From positions 18,399,028 through 18,463,027 of the forward strand of contig CM082576.2 of the NCBI GenBank assembly GCA_040954595.2: DNA of 64,000 nucleotides. The letters run 5' to 3'. Made by a program: the position numbers and the translations under genes. The stretch's first letter is position 1. Each line of letters opens with the position of its first letter. Origin of the DNA: Balanoglossus misakiensis. Its lineage: Eukaryota > Animalia > Hemichordata. Of this stretch, positions 10,189-23,707 are shown piece after piece. Under the pieces are notes generated by a model, which worked only from the letters and a program-made list of their open reading frames with translations, did not search any database and was not told the DNA's origin.

Positions 10189-10926
10189 ATTGATGAATTT
10201 CTTCTTACTTTGTGTCGTTTAAGGCAGGGTTTCTTTGAGCGTCACCTGGCATTTCTGTTTAACATTTCAATGTCAACTGTAAGCAGAATATTTATACCTT
10301 GGATAAATTACCTTTACTTGAAACTGGGTCACCTTAAAATTTGGCAAGACAAAGCCAGTATCACAAGAAACATGCCTGCATCATTTACAGTGAAGTACCC
10401 AAGTACCCGCATCATAATTGATTGTTCAGAAATTAGGGTGGAAATGCCCAGTTCATTGATTTTACATTCACAATTATTGTCTAATTACAAAAACCATGTA
10501 ACACTTAAGGGGCTAATAGGCATAGCTCCAAGTGGAGCTGTAACATTTGTCAGCAGTTTATATACTGGCTCCATATTTGACAGAGAAATTGAATGTAGAT
10601 CAGGGTTACTGGATATGCCATTTGACCACGGTGACTCTGTAATGGCAGACAAGGGATTCACCATAGCTGACCTCTTGAGGCCTAAAGGTGTGTCTCTGAA
10701 TATTCCACCATTTCTAGAGAAACGTGACCAAATGAGTGCAGAAGATGTTATAGAAACACAAAAAATTGCTGCTGAGCGCATACATGTAGAAAGGGCAATT
10801 AATAAAGTTAAGAATTTTCATATCTGGGACAGAGTTGTCCCTATATCACTTTTTAATATTGTAAATGAAATGTGGACTGTAAGTGCACTATTGTGTAATG
10901 TACAGAATCCTATAATAAGTGCATGA
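10189..10926 (+). CDS. Second ISL2EU-type DDE transposase, 5'-truncated
   Basis: IDEFLLTLCRLRQG, IIDCSE, SNYKNHVTLK, VMADKGF, RIHVERAI. The N-terminal part is missing. Confidence 0.88.
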   Translation: MDEFLLTLCRLRQGFFERHLAFLFNISMSTVSRIFIPWINYLYLKLGHLKIWQDKASITRNMPASFTVKYPSTRIIIDCSEIRVEMPSSLILHSQLLSNYKNHVTLKGLIGIAPSGAVTFVSSLYTGSIFDREIECRSGLLDMPFDHGDSVMADKGFTIADLLRPKGVSLNIPPFLEKRDQMSAEDVIETQKIAAERIHVERAINKVKNFHIWDRVVPISLFNIVNEMWTVSALLCNVQNPIISA

Positions 10927-11049
10927 GGATTTTGTCTGTTCTTTGATGTGGCACAGCTGTAATGTGAATAATAAAATAAAATATTAAATTGATGAATACG
11001 TCTTTTATTTGCATTTCAACCATGCACGCATTTTACATCTTTTAAAACA

Positions 11050-13169
11050 TCAACTACATTTATCAACTACATTCAATAAAAATATGGTTAAGCACTTTGT
11101 TCTCTCGTCACGATAAATGGCATGTAATGTTCGGTAAAAAAAAACATCCAGTTTTGTCAACATTTCTTGCCAATATACACTGTCAAATATGATTCTCTCA
11201 ATGCTGAGCCCTTTAAATGTATATATAACAAAATCGCACCAAGTCAGCCCACACACTGCCATTTGTCCCTGAATTTGCTGATAATATCTGTGATAAACTT
11301 TCAACCTTGGCTGCCCATTGTCATCATAACAATAAAATGTTGGATCAAGGCATGCATCCAACGGAGTGACATTTTTCTTTGTTTCTGGGCATTTAACTTC
11401 TACAATACCATATGGCTCAGATGATTTTCTATCGACCACTTTCGAATCCGGTGTACCACCAAGAAAACAATACGAGGGGTTTATAACTAGACCACATTTG
11501 TGTAGAGATACATAATTATCTGTGTCATTCATGTATTTGGCATATTTTATCAAACCCTCACTTTCATATTTTTTGCCATGATCAGTATATCTGCTTGTAA
11601 AACTTTCAGAATTAAATAAGCTATTACACAGGGCATCGTGATTTCTTTTTACATACATCGTGAAAATTTGATGCAGTCAGCCTTGGTTTTCTATACAGAA
11701 ACCACTTATCACTGACAGACTGCTTTCTTGTCTCTGCTTCAATCATATTTGCTCTGTCTTTGTTACATTTGATTGATTGAAACCATGCATGTTCCTGTTC
11801 ATTGTTAATTTTAATGTCATATATAGGGGTTTCTTTGTATGGTAAATTAGGAAAAGAATTTAAATCTATTAACAAATTATAAGATGGCAGTCTTGGTACT
11901 GATGATATGTCACAAAAGACAGAATAACTACACTCTGTGTGTCGTGTTTGATAGCTTAAAATTGAGCCATTTGGCACTTTACCAAATTTGGTATCAACTA
12001 ATGATACATCAGGCATGACCTGGCACTGCGCAAACCCAAACAGTGGATTTTTTTGGTTCAGACTTTCTCTGAACTTTTTTTCAGCATTGTTGTCATGATT
12101 TGGATTTCTTCTGGCATCATACAATGCTGAAGTCACAGCATATTTTGACTCACCACTATCAACTTTAACTTTGCGAATGGCCAAACTTGTAACAGGTTCT
12201 GGCAAAACCCCCAAACCTCTGTTTCTATGGTGCCACACTTGTAATCTAGAGGTTGGAGAAGTAATGTTTGAGTGAATATTTACAAACTCTTGAACATCCT
12301 CTAAATCAAATAAAGAGCATTGTGAAATCAGAAATAATAATGCAAGGGTATGATTACAGTAGCCTACAAGTCCGGCTTTACAGGTACAGTTAGCATGTAC
12401 AACATTACCATCCAGAAGATCAAGCTTTAGTTTCAGTCTATGTGGCTCTGCATGTTTTTTGTAGCTATGGTTACACCTTGCTGTAAAATAAAAGTATTTT
12501 GTGTCTTTATTTGTCATAACATCATGGATATATTTTTCTTCAAAGAACACTGATTAGTTGGGTGATTATCCTCAGCATCCCCTTTTACTTGCTTCCCTGT
12601 TTTTGAGAGATGGATATTTATATGTGCTCTAGTGAACAAAGGCAATCCTAGCAACGACGTGCCCCACCCATCTTTTGGGTAAGAAGTGGACAGTCCAACA
12701 GGTGCTACAGGAGCTGACATGACATTTGCTGGAGTTTGGCCTGATGATAGTGCCTTCATTTTCTGTATCTTCATCTTAGTATAGCTTTTGTTTGGATCTG
12801 GATCAACAATTTTTGCATCAGTTCCATTTTCCATGTACACCTTTATTCTACAGAAAAAAACAAATGTTTCAATATTGTTATTTTAATAGTATTATTTGCA
12901 ATACATGCATTTTCATTTATTTGACCATAATTTATTATTATATTGTTTGATCAACAAAACCAAATGGAACACGTAAAAACAATTTACCCAGCCCCTACTT
13001 GCCTTGTCAACAACTGTGCCTTTGTTTTTAAGTTCTTCAGGGTGTCACCCCTACATCTTAACCAACATTGGAGCCTGTCCTTTTTCAGCGTTGCTGGATC
13101 AATACCATCAAAGCTGGCTCCTGGGATATCATCTTCGCTGAGAGATACATTACTGACGGTGACATCCAT
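11050..13169 (-). pseudogene. ISL2EU partner gene: SAP-like + SWIM + YqaJ (lambda exonuclease-like) domains, frameshifted
   Basis: LQCWLRCRG; CTCKAGLVGYCNH; ETRKQS..W..RKPRLTASNF; GGTPD, EVKCP, YYQQIQGQMAV. Split over several ORFs. Probable GC-AG intron 13002-12848. Confidence 0.85.
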
Positions 13170-13786
13170 TCTGTGTAAAAATCCAGCATGTCAATTACAT
13201 TTTTTTTACTCTGTGAAGCATTGAACATGAATACAAATGCAAGAGGAATATAGGCTGCAGAAGGTCTGCAATAAAACTAAAACTTTTAAAAGCTCTCATT
13301 CATAAAGTTTCGGTGAATAACACCCCTTAGCAGTTCGGCTATGGGCTCGATCATAATTAAGGTAACAAAAACTGAAAGTAAACTTTGATTTTTTTCGCTG
13401 AGTCGATCGATCGATACGTGCCTTTGACCAGAATGCCGGCCTTCCAGCTAACCGTGCGCTATATCGGTCGCTCCAAAAAAAATTTGAGATCGCAAAAATT
13501 CACACTTTTTTTGCTATAGTATCTCAGAAGCTAAACAAGAAGGTGCTTAAAATATGACTGAAAACAAAAATACAGCTGCGAATTCGAGAAATTCTTACCT
13601 TGAAAAGTTTTATCGGCGTCGCCACTTCCGTCAACAAACCGTTGAGCCTGTGTTTATGAGCTGTCATCAACTCATCAGGGGCGTACACCCAGTGGCCTCG
13701 CTTTGAAGTCAAATTCATGATAGCCACAAGAGGGCGCTAGACTTATGAAACCTGTGTATTTGTTTCTATGTATTGGGATTTACAGG

Positions 13787-14854
13787 GACTTTGCTATATC
13801 TCAGGGATTCTCCTGAGGCAGATCTCTAGAATGTGTGAAGAAGTGTTCTGATCATCACATTTCATTTTACCTTCTTTGCAAATTCAGAGATTGTCTGTGG
13901 AGCGAATTGCTACAGGAATTTCATGTGCATGATGTGAGTAATCCCACTGCTGATGCATCCACCAGTTTGTTTTTTGGCTGGTTGAATGCAGCAGCAGTGA
14001 CAGACTCTCACATGAATTTCATTTACAATATTCTTCTACAACATTTACAAGGAATTTTCCTCTTTCGACAGGGCACGAGCTTCAATTCACCCACTTACCT
14101 ACGGGCTTGACGACATCTCCTTCGCACCCTGTGGCACGGTCGGAATCACCCCACTTACCAAATGATTGATGTCTATGACGAGACCGACCGTGCCCGGTAT
14201 CCACCAATACTTCTCCAAACTCTGGAGAAGTACGAGGCCATTTCACGATCTGGTAGGCCTGATGCCCATCAAGGTGCGGACGCCGTCCTGGAGGAGTACG
14301 ACTAAAACAACAAGGCCTGAGCTCCTCCAGTGCCCGATTCAGGTAAGTGGGTTGTCATCTGTAGCAGGCATGATGCCCTGGCCAGTCTGAGAAAGATAGT
14401 CTTCTCAGTCGTTAGCCTTGTAAACCCCGAGTCGTTGGAACGTAGCCGCCCAGGCTACTCTAACGACTTGACGGGTTTCAGGGGATGACTGAGACAGACA
14501 TCTTATGTCAAGTATCAGGATGGTCGGTCTCCTATTACCATCTCAGGAGATGCTATGGATAGACACATTGGCAATTATAACATCAATGCCGAAGAAAGAA
14601 GACGTTCCCTGGTAAGTATCATCTGCCAAGGTAAGTCTCCAGGCACTGGCAAAAAAATACTACTTGTTACAGAAAAAGAAAGAGCAGAAATTGAAAGAGA
14701 AGAAAAAAAAACAAATGCCACACTTCGACACGAATGCAACGACATAATTCAGACACTACCGTTAACATACAGAACATCACTGCATACACAACTACGACGG
14801 GCAACAAACAAATCCAAGCTCCTGGAATTACTGCACAGTGTGCATGATTTATAA
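13787..14854 (+). pseudogene. Degenerate DNA-transposase-like remnant (possibly Academ-related)
   Basis: After a TTTACAG acceptor, broken frames read KKCSDHHIS, LQGIFLFRQG, WHGRNHPTYQ and SRSGRPDAHQGADAVLEE. Many stops. Confidence 0.4.
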
Positions 14855-16059
14855 GGGGCTATTACAGAAGTGTTTGAATTTGAAATGCAACAGTAAAATT
14901 ATTAGTGTATTTCAAATTCAAACACCCATTCCCCTTGTCTATCATATTAACTGTGCACAAAACACAGTATTGGCAAAACAGAAATACACTGCACAGTACA
15001 CAATTGAATTACAGTGGCTACAGATTTTATTGATTTATAAAAAAAAATCTTTTTTTGGTCATATTTCACAGTTTATCTATTAGTTTACCATGTATCTCTA
15101 TTCTTTTTTTTTACTTTCCATGATTTAATCTCGTTTTTGTGTGTATCTTTTTTTCAATTATGTTTAGTCCTCTTGAGGAGCAGCTGTCACTGAAAACTAC
15201 TGCCACTGTACTTGCTGACCAGCTGAGGAGATTATTGATTTTCTATATTCTAATCAACAGAATTTATATATTTTTTTAATTATATTTTTATTGAAAAATT
15301 ATTTGAAGGTTTCTAAATAGGAATGAAACAAATGAATTACGTTTTATATTATAACCCAACATTGAAACATTATTCCAGTCAATCATGTGATAAAAATTCA
15401 AATTATGATCATTTCCGAATTTCATTTGTTTAAAATCATGACACATTTTTTTTCCTATTTAGAAACCTATTCAACTAACACTTCAGGTGCAATGTTTTAC
15501 TTTTATTTTATGCTTTAATTACATTTTTATTATCTTTTAGGTTTATTTATTCTTTTACGATTAATTTTTATTTGTTGGCAAAATATTGAGTGTCATTTAA
15601 TTTTTGTTTATAATAAACTTGGTTTCATATATTATTTAAATACAGCAATCATTTCTTCGCCAAATTGGATTCCAGTGTTATTTTCTTTTATCATTATTTA
15701 TAAATTATGGGAGTTGATTTGTTAATGGGTATGGGGTTGGATTGTGTGGGTTCGGGGTTGATAAAGTTGAGAGAGAGTTTTGTGCATTGTTATAATAATC
15801 ATGAATTGAATGTAATTTTATATGAATTGTTTAGTTCTTTGTAATAAAAATTTGATAATCTCAAATAGTGGTCAGTTGTGAGGAGTCATTTATTTCAATT
15901 TCATGCCATTTTTATTTTAGCTTTTTGACAATTGGAAGTTTACAAAATTATGCATTTATACAATTAATTTTTTTCAAAAATACAGTCATTTCAATAAAAC
16001 AAATTACGAAAGTGGCAACATCATGCAATGTAATTTTAATTTCTTGGCAGTAGAAACAT

Positions 16060-16273
16060 CAGTGTTTCATCTAGGGGGAGGGGGGATTCACCCCCTTGTT
16101 GACATGATAGCACCCCTTAGGAACTTGTCATGGGGGGGGGCAATGCCCCTTAAAATGATGCTGTGTACATGTTGGAGATATTACAGTCTGCCTTGGAGAG
16201 TGGAAACCCCCCTAAATATTCTGGCAATGGGGGACGTTTCCCCCCTGTTGATGCCATCCTAAATGAAACACTG
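16060..16273. mobile_element. hAT-like MITE
   Basis: TIRs CAGTGTTTCATCTAGG / CCTAAATGAAACACTG. A related end fragment lies at ~62352-62460. Confidence 0.65.
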
Positions 16274-16504
16274 AAATATGAGTTAAGACAAATTAACTAT
16301 ACTCGGTGACTGAAGAAACTGTATAACATAAATAACACCATGTGTATATGACAGATGTCCGGGATATAATTTGTAAACCTACCACAATATAAAGCGCTTC
16401 GACGTAAACATCACCGGCGGTTCAAGTTGCAGAATTTTCATTTGATTTTACCGTTTTACTGTCAGGTTATCTGGCCGATTCCCCCGATGCTTCTAGATCA
16501 ATAA

Positions 16505-16760
16505 TTAATCCATACACAAATACCAATTATTCCCTACCTTGATCGAAAATAACGGTTTAAAAACTCCTGACTCATCATGACGAAGTACATGAAACTTTGT
16601 CCAAGAGCATAAGCCAAATGACATTTGAGGTTTGACGGCGTTCTGATCGTATGGGTTGGATTTCTCCCGCAGAAGGCGATACCCAGCACCGACAGTAAGT
16701 GCACCTTTATAGTGGTGCATCGCCACTGCCAGTACTTGGTGTACGATGAGTGAAGGCATT
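16505..16760 (-). pseudogene. HIRAN-like domain fragment
   Basis: VAMHHYKGALTVGAGYRLLREKSNPYDQNAV fits the HIRAN pattern L-x-RE-x-x-N-P-x-D-x-NA. Confidence 0.55.
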
Positions 16761-17680
16761 CTCTGAAGAGTATAGTATTGTGACACGATGACCTGGTGAT
16801 GGTGTTCGCTCGCCTGCTTTTTCGGTTGTGCGGGGCTTGTTGTGTCGCTGTCGTCAAAAATAGTGTAGGCGCCGAAATCAAAATTTATTATTTTTAAAAA
16901 GCACTGGTGAAATGTTTTCTTATTGACCCGGAAGCAAGTTTGACTCGTACTTTCGTGTTTTTAATTGACGGGATATCCCCAGCGTATTTCACCCCAAAAT
17001 TACATTTGAATAAAAAGGTCGTAATTTTCATACCAAAGAGCGGGAAAAGACGTATTTCCAAAGAAGTCATTTGTCAGATCGCGTTCTACATATTAACGAT
17101 ATGTTAATTTTTATGCTAATAAGCAACTCCTAATATGGGTCATCGATGCGACTGTATTATACGGTAGGTATTTCACTCAGTGATATACCCCGTCTTGAAC
17201 TATTTAGGAGAATACGCTGAAATCATCACACAGCCTTGACTAGGTGATCGGCGTGATAGTTCGCTGCGCGCGCGAGCGACGTACGGGGCATAGGACTTTA
17301 GTGGAGAGGGATGTTGTAAAATTGGGTTATTAGAAGCTGTAATAAAGTTTTCAAAGCTGGAGTTTTTTGTCATGTTGAATGTATCACATTTACTTCTTCG
17401 GAATTCTCAATGCGAAATAATCGTTAACATGATATTTTGAAAGAGAACGTAGGCAATTGTATTTAGAATGCAGATGTGCCCATCGTAATGAAAGCTGCCA
17501 GCCCCCTGAGAATAATACTACGGCCTACACGTTGATCACCTGATCGCATCGCCCTGTCTCACTTGGCTATGGGTGCCTGCCGTGATCCAAGGGCGCCCGG
17601 TTCAAATTTCTGGCCGTGAAATTGTTTTTCTCGACGCATTTTCGCAAATTGTATTGTTTTATAGGTAGGCATGTATGATA

Positions 17681-17809
17681 AAGGGGTTATTACACGAATT
17701 TTGGTCGATAACGCGAGTGATGTCCGTATATCGTGCAAAGCAACGAGTCAGAATACGGACATCACTCGAATACGACGCGTTATCGACCAAATTTAGTGTA
17801 ATAACCCCT
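17681..17809. repeat. Short palindromic element
   Basis: AGGGGTTATTACAC...TTTGGTCGATAACGCG / CGCGTTATCGACCAAA...GTGTAATAACCCCT. Confidence 0.7.
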
Positions 17810-18149
17810 AATTATCTTCCGCTGTCAAAACAATCTTCTGGAAAGTTGACTATACATGAAACACGGTAATATGGTATGGTATGGTTTGGGCATCGTTTAG
17901 AGGTTATAAACGGCTAGCGAGGGTATTTGGTTGCGGATATAAGACCTCTCAGGTGAAAATTAGCATATTTGGCGGGAAATAATCACCGAGCGATTCTAAC
18001 TTGAAGTTCGGAAAGGCGAAAAAAAGTCGACTGGGCTGGATTTGGATTACACGGCCACCCTGCACTTTTGCTTGAAAATATTAAAGCATATTACCTCATA
18101 TGAGATTCTAGACGGCAACAAACTTCAACTGCACCACAAAAGAGTTATT

Positions 18150-19140
18150 ATGCGTGTTGTGTGTAAGGGCATAACACAGACACTATAAGTTGTGTGAAGG
18201 GGTAAATCGATTAACCATGTTAGAAATGTACTCCAGGGTAAGGCCATGAATGGCATTGATGTACTCCAGGGTAAGGCCATGAATGGCATTGTATTTAAGA
18301 AGCAATATCTTGTAATCAATCATGGCACAAACTGGTAGCCAATCCAGAGTGATGAGGGCAAGAGTGATGTGTTCAAACTTCTTCGACCGGGTGATGATAT
18401 TTGCTGCTGTGTTTTGTAATCACTGAAGTAGATTTACTGCAGATTGAGGAAGACCAAACAGTAACGAATTGAAGTATTCAAGTTTGGTTGAAAGAACTAC
18501 ACGAATTCAATCCTTAGAAGATAGGTACTTTCGTATTGATCCGATGTGTCGACGATAAAAAAACGTGGACATACATGTATTCTTGATGGGCTGGTTATAA
18601 ATATGGATACTATCAAAGACAGCTCCCAGATTACACGTTGCTGTTACCAGAGAGATGGATGCAGAGCCCATGTTGGAGGATGGAATAGGATCAAGAAGAT
18701 GAGCGAATATCAACGACTTCGGTTTTGTTTAGCTGTACTTTATTCAGTGTCATCCATGCCTTCGATGCAGATCTCCAGAGATTGGACGATAGAGGGTGGA
18801 TCTTGCGGAGAAAAAGCAAGGTATAGTAGTTTATCATCGGCGTACTGATGAAATTGTGGTTGTGGTGACGATTCAGTTTACAAAGTGGGGCTATATAAAT
18901 GGCGAAGAACAGAGGGCCAAGGGCAGAGCCGCGTAGGCCCAATACGATAGGTGAATGTGAACTTGCAGTGTTTTCGATGATTACAGTTTGGTATCTATTT
19001 TGAATGTAAGATGTTAAACCATGTTAATACTGTGTCTGTAATGCCAAGGTTCGATAGTCTACGAATAAGTATCCCGTGATCAATGGAATCGAATGCGGCG
19101 GAGAGGTCAAGTAAGATCAGTAGTGCATACTTTTCAGAGT
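18150..19140 (-). pseudogene. Degenerate L2/CR1-group LINE RT and 3' region
   Basis: Broken frames with [27 protein letters not shown] and LNKTE motifs. Confidence 0.7.
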
Positions 19141-19185
19141 CGTACTACCGCTGGAATATTATTGTAGTTCATACATCAGGGACAT

Positions 19186-19679
19186 TGTAGCGATGAGGTA
19201 ACGGCCTGTGACGAGAACAGTGATCCACGGAGACACGTATCTGATTCACGTTCATTTATTGTCGAGAAGTACTCCAGTACATCAAATATGTCCAGTTAAG
19301 TATGTGAGGAAGGAAACGAGCTCAGTAGCCTGAGGTACATACATCTCCCGTTAGATTATTCTCCTCCCCCAACTTTGCAAACAAAGTTCTCTTATAATTA
19401 CTTTTCTCAAGGCGTGGTTAATCATGTCAAATATCACAAATACAATGTGTTACAATTTCATAAGGCATCAATTCAACTATATACGTACCAAATTACATAG
19501 AGCGTTATATAATAAAGTCAGTTCGATGATGATTGACACTCAGAGCAGTCAATTTAACACCAGTTCCCCCTATCTACTTCAAATACATAAAATAAAAATA
19601 CTATCAAACATTGACATTCCCGAGCTTTAAGTATAATTGACCCTTAAAATCATATTTGACCTTTGTACAGATCATAACA
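19186..19679 (-). mobile_element. Gypsy 3' LTR
   Basis: On minus, a polypurine tract AAAACAAGGGGAT precedes TGTTATGA, downstream of the integrase. The far end is at TGT 19186 or 19207. Confidence 0.6.
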
Positions 19680-20432
19680 ATCCCCTTGTTTTAAAGCAAT
19701 GCGTCCCGCATTGGACACAAGTTTCTTAATTAAGAAGATAATGCAATAAAATACAACTTGCTAAATCGGTTATCTCTGTGGTTTCTTTATACAAACACAT
19801 AACCATTACAAGGGACTATTTACACAAACTGGGCCAACTATTTAGGTCATCAAACGAACGAAAAATTCAACTCAAAACATTTTTCTCCAGTGTTAAAATC
19901 TCTGCAACTTCAAACTTCACTGGTAATTTCTTTATAACTTAAATACATCAACACATTTAAACAGAGTGACACGGGAACCAGGTTGCATAGCACATACAAC
20001 TAAACTCAGCAAACAACGGATAAAAAATGTCATTCGACAACTTGCGTAACATTTAAACGAATCAAGGGACACGCCAATCGTATTCTCACTCATACAGACT
20101 GGCCAACACTCATACCTCTCAGTCGTGTTCAAAATCTCATTTCAGTCAACCACGTGTCTCCATTTTCCGTGTTTTTTTTGTTACGCGCATATTTCTCTGT
20201 CCATAGATTTAAATGTGCAAGTGTGCTATAACCCGTTTCCCCTTTATCTTTACAGGATTTCTCATCAAATACTCTTTTGCAATTTCATTCAAATTGTCTT
20301 CATCCTCCCACGTATTATGTTTGGTTGAATTATTCTTCCACTTAACCAAATACTGTAATATCCCATTTCTATGTCGACCCTTCAACACATTTTCTATTTC
20401 GTAAATGGCTCAGAAGCTTTGTTCTGACAATT

Positions 20433-21700
20433 TCAATTGTTATTAGTTTCATCGATAGCACTGGGATTTGTCCTTGACGACAAATCTCTCAATTCCAATC
20501 CCTCAATTTGATCAGAACCATTCTCTGATTCATTTATGTCTGCTTTAGGACTTTGACATATTTCGGTCCCATTTTCATAATTTTTGGTATCTGGTGAGGA
20601 TGAGTCAAACTCTGAGGGGCGCAAATAAGCTCTTTTTAGCCTATTCACATGTATGCCTTTACGATAATTCCTGGTGCTATTGATGAAACGTAACTTGTAA
20701 TTAACAGGACCCGCCTTCTCAGAAATAATGTAAGGACCTGTCCACTTATGTACGAATTTCTTATTAACTCCTGGTTTAACATCAGGTGTGTATAAATATA
20801 CAGGATCCCCCACTTTAAGATTTTGTGACCGTTGGATATTTTGATCATAACGGTCCTTCATATTCTGTCGACCTATATTCTCTTTGGCGATTTTATGAGC
20901 TATCTCCCTCTTAGCAGCTAAATGTTTAAGGTGTGTATCTATATTTCTTGTCCTCCCCTCAACTGGCTGGAATTCAACATCCATGGGCAATGTGGGATGC
21001 CGACCTTATAACACATAATACGGGCTGAACCCACTGGACTCTTGAGGACTAACTCTATACGCGAAAAGCACTGAACTTAGGTACCGATCCCAATCTTTCT
21101 GTTTACTATCAACAAACATGGACAGCATGTCGACTAGGCAACCATTGAAACGTTCTGTAAGGCCATTGGTCTGTGGACGATAAGGGGTAGAAACTTTACT
21201 CTGGATGTTGAAATATTTGCAAGTTTCGTGAACTACCTGGGATAAAAAAATTCGATCCTTCATTACTCAGCAAAACTCTGGGGCTTCCATAAGTAGCAAT
21301 TACTTCATCAAACAAGATCTTAGCAACTGTCAGCTCGTGCATTACGTAATGGATATGCTACTGGAAACTTACTTAAGTAATGAGTAAGTACTAAGATGTA
21401 TTTATGGCCATCATAAGTTCTAGGGAGGGGTCCCACAATATCCATACCTAGTCGGTCCCAGGGTCCTGATACTGGAATAGGTAACAACTTAGCATGAGTA
21501 GGGGGTGTGGCTCTCTTTCGTGTGTGACAATGTGCGCATGTCTTTACGTACATGTCAACATCCCGGGGCATCCTTTCCCAAAAATACCTCTGTCTTAAAA
21601 CTCCCAACGTTTTAGTGTATCCTAAATGTCCCGCTAAAACACAATCATGAGCCCACCGCAGCACATAATTTCTTGAGGACTTAGTTATCACAACCTGTCT
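20433..21700 (-). pseudogene. Gypsy integrase (HHCC zinc finger, rve core, GPY/F), disrupted
   Basis: AHD..AGHLG, CAHC, GMDIVGPLP, PQTNGLTERFN, WTGPY. Stops and frameshifts. Confidence 0.88.
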
Positions 21701-21744
21701 AACACAATCTAATTAACCAGCTGATTTCCCCTTGTTTCCAAAGA

Positions 21745-21893
21745 TGGAAGAGAATAATCTAACGGGAGATGGGAGTACCTCAGGCTACTGAGTTCGTTCC
21801 CTTCCTCATGTACTTTACTGGGCGTATTTGATGTACTATAATAATTATGGATAATAAATGAACGTGGATCAGGTACGTGTCTCCATGGATCAC
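21745..21893 (+). repeat. Inverted partial copy of the Gypsy LTR
   Basis: Reverse complement of ~19224-19366 (GAATAATCTAACGGGAGATG...CGTGTCTCC.TGGATCAC). Confidence 0.75.
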
Positions 21894-21894
21894 C

Positions 21895-22970
21895 TGGAAG
21901 TGAAATGGTTATTCCAGTGAAAGTGCCGTATAAATATTTTACTGGAGTTTTAGATTTTATTTCTGATAAACGAACACGATTAACGCCGGGTATTTTGGCA
22001 GCTAAGGTGTTGGCCTATTCGAATAAGAATTTTCTTCCCATGCGAGTTGTAAACACTTTGGATACAGTGGTCAAAATTAAGAAAAACAGTGTTGTTGGAA
22101 AGTTTTCGCCCTTGCCCTGTAATAGTCGAATAATCCCACTCGATAATAATGCCATTAATTGTGTCTCACCTGAAGGGCCCCATACACAGAAAGAGACGGA
22201 TTATTTGATGGGTCAATTGAAGCTTAATGAATTAGAGATAACTAAGGCTCAGCGTAAACAGCTTAGAGATGTTTTACTGCACAATATAGAAGCTTTTGTT
22301 GAGTCTAGTGGTCGTTTAGGTAACTGTGATGTAATCAAACATAGAATACGATTACAAGAGGGCGCTGCCCCGTTCCGTCGACCTTACCGAGTAACGCTTG
22401 AGAAAATACGTGAACTTGAGCGACAAGTTGATCAGCTGTTAGAACTAAATATTATCGAGTCGTCTACTTCACCGATTGCTAGTCCAATAATTTTAGTCAA
22501 AAAGCCTGATGGTTCGTGGCGTTTTTGCACAGATTTCCGTCATTTAAAAAATATTACAGTGCCTGATTCGTTTCCCTTACCCAGAACGGACGAATATCTT
22601 GAAATGTTAGGCAAGAATAAGCCTCAGTATTTTTCGACGCTAGACTTACAGTCAGGATTTTTTCAATTGGAATTAGATGAAGAAAGTACACCAAAAACAG
22701 CTTTTGTCACACATCAAGGTTTATATCAATACAGGAGACTTGCCCAGGGGTTGCGAAATAGTCCCATGGACAGGTCCTTACATTATTTCTGTGAAGGTGG
22801 GTCCTGTTAATTACAAGTTACGTTTCATATATAGCACCAGGAATTATCGCAAAGTCATACATGTGAATAGACTAAAAAGAGCTTATTTGCACCACTCCGA
22901 CTTTGACTCATCCTCATCTGATGAGTCGTGTGAAGAAAACGGTGTCCCAGAAACCACAAATTATGAAAAT
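21895..22970 (+). pseudogene. Gypsy RT N-terminal half fused at 22766/22767 to the integrase tail
   Basis: SPIILVKKPDGSWRFCTDFR, LDLQSGFFQ and GLRNSP, then abruptly WTGPYIIS...IHVNRLK. Confidence 0.88.
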
Positions 22971-23707
22971 GATACCCTAAAATTGGTGCTTGACACAGAA
23001 CATGTTTTAATTTCTCGAATGCATGTTCGCATCTATCATCTCATTCAAATTTCGTGTCCTTTCCCAACAATTTATGTATAGGCCTAGCAATGATCGAGAA
23101 ATTCTTTATAAACTTTCTAAAATAATTGGGCCAACCCAAAAATTATTTCAACTGTGTGACAGTATGAGGACGGGGATATTCTTTAACAACTGTTACTTTA
23201 CTCTTGTCAGCCGCAATTCCATCCTTACCAGTAGGACAAACCTCCAAATTTAGCGACTGCCTACAATATGTCTGCGCATGCTCACACCCTGTATTTGCAT
23301 ATACTGACGTCTCTGGCATGGAAATGCGGAAGTATTTGTCGAAGTTCGCTCTTGGATGTTATCGGCCTGCTTTTGATGTTATGTACATCGACTTTCGGGT
23401 ATTTTCGGTTTGAACTTGTACGTCACACCCTCCCTTCCAGCATGGTGTCGTGTAAACAGGGTAAGTAAAAAAATTCAGTCGAATTTCATGAAAATCGATG
23501 TCCGTGTGACCATTTGCCCGCCATGATTCGAATCGACATAACAAGCAATAGAACGTACCATATTTAAAGCCGCATCACTACGCGATATATATCCGCATAT
23601 GCTAATTTATTATGAATATTCATGAGAACCCGTATAAAAGTTAGCGAATATCCGCACATGGGCTCAGTACCATTCCTTAACCACGGAGGCAGCATATAGC
23701 AGAGAAG

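Noticed and set aside
13700-13727. Right TIR of the second ISL2EU (…CATGATAGCC)
   Set aside because: Plausible CC terminus, but the partner TIR is not in the window and the flank is AC, not AT.
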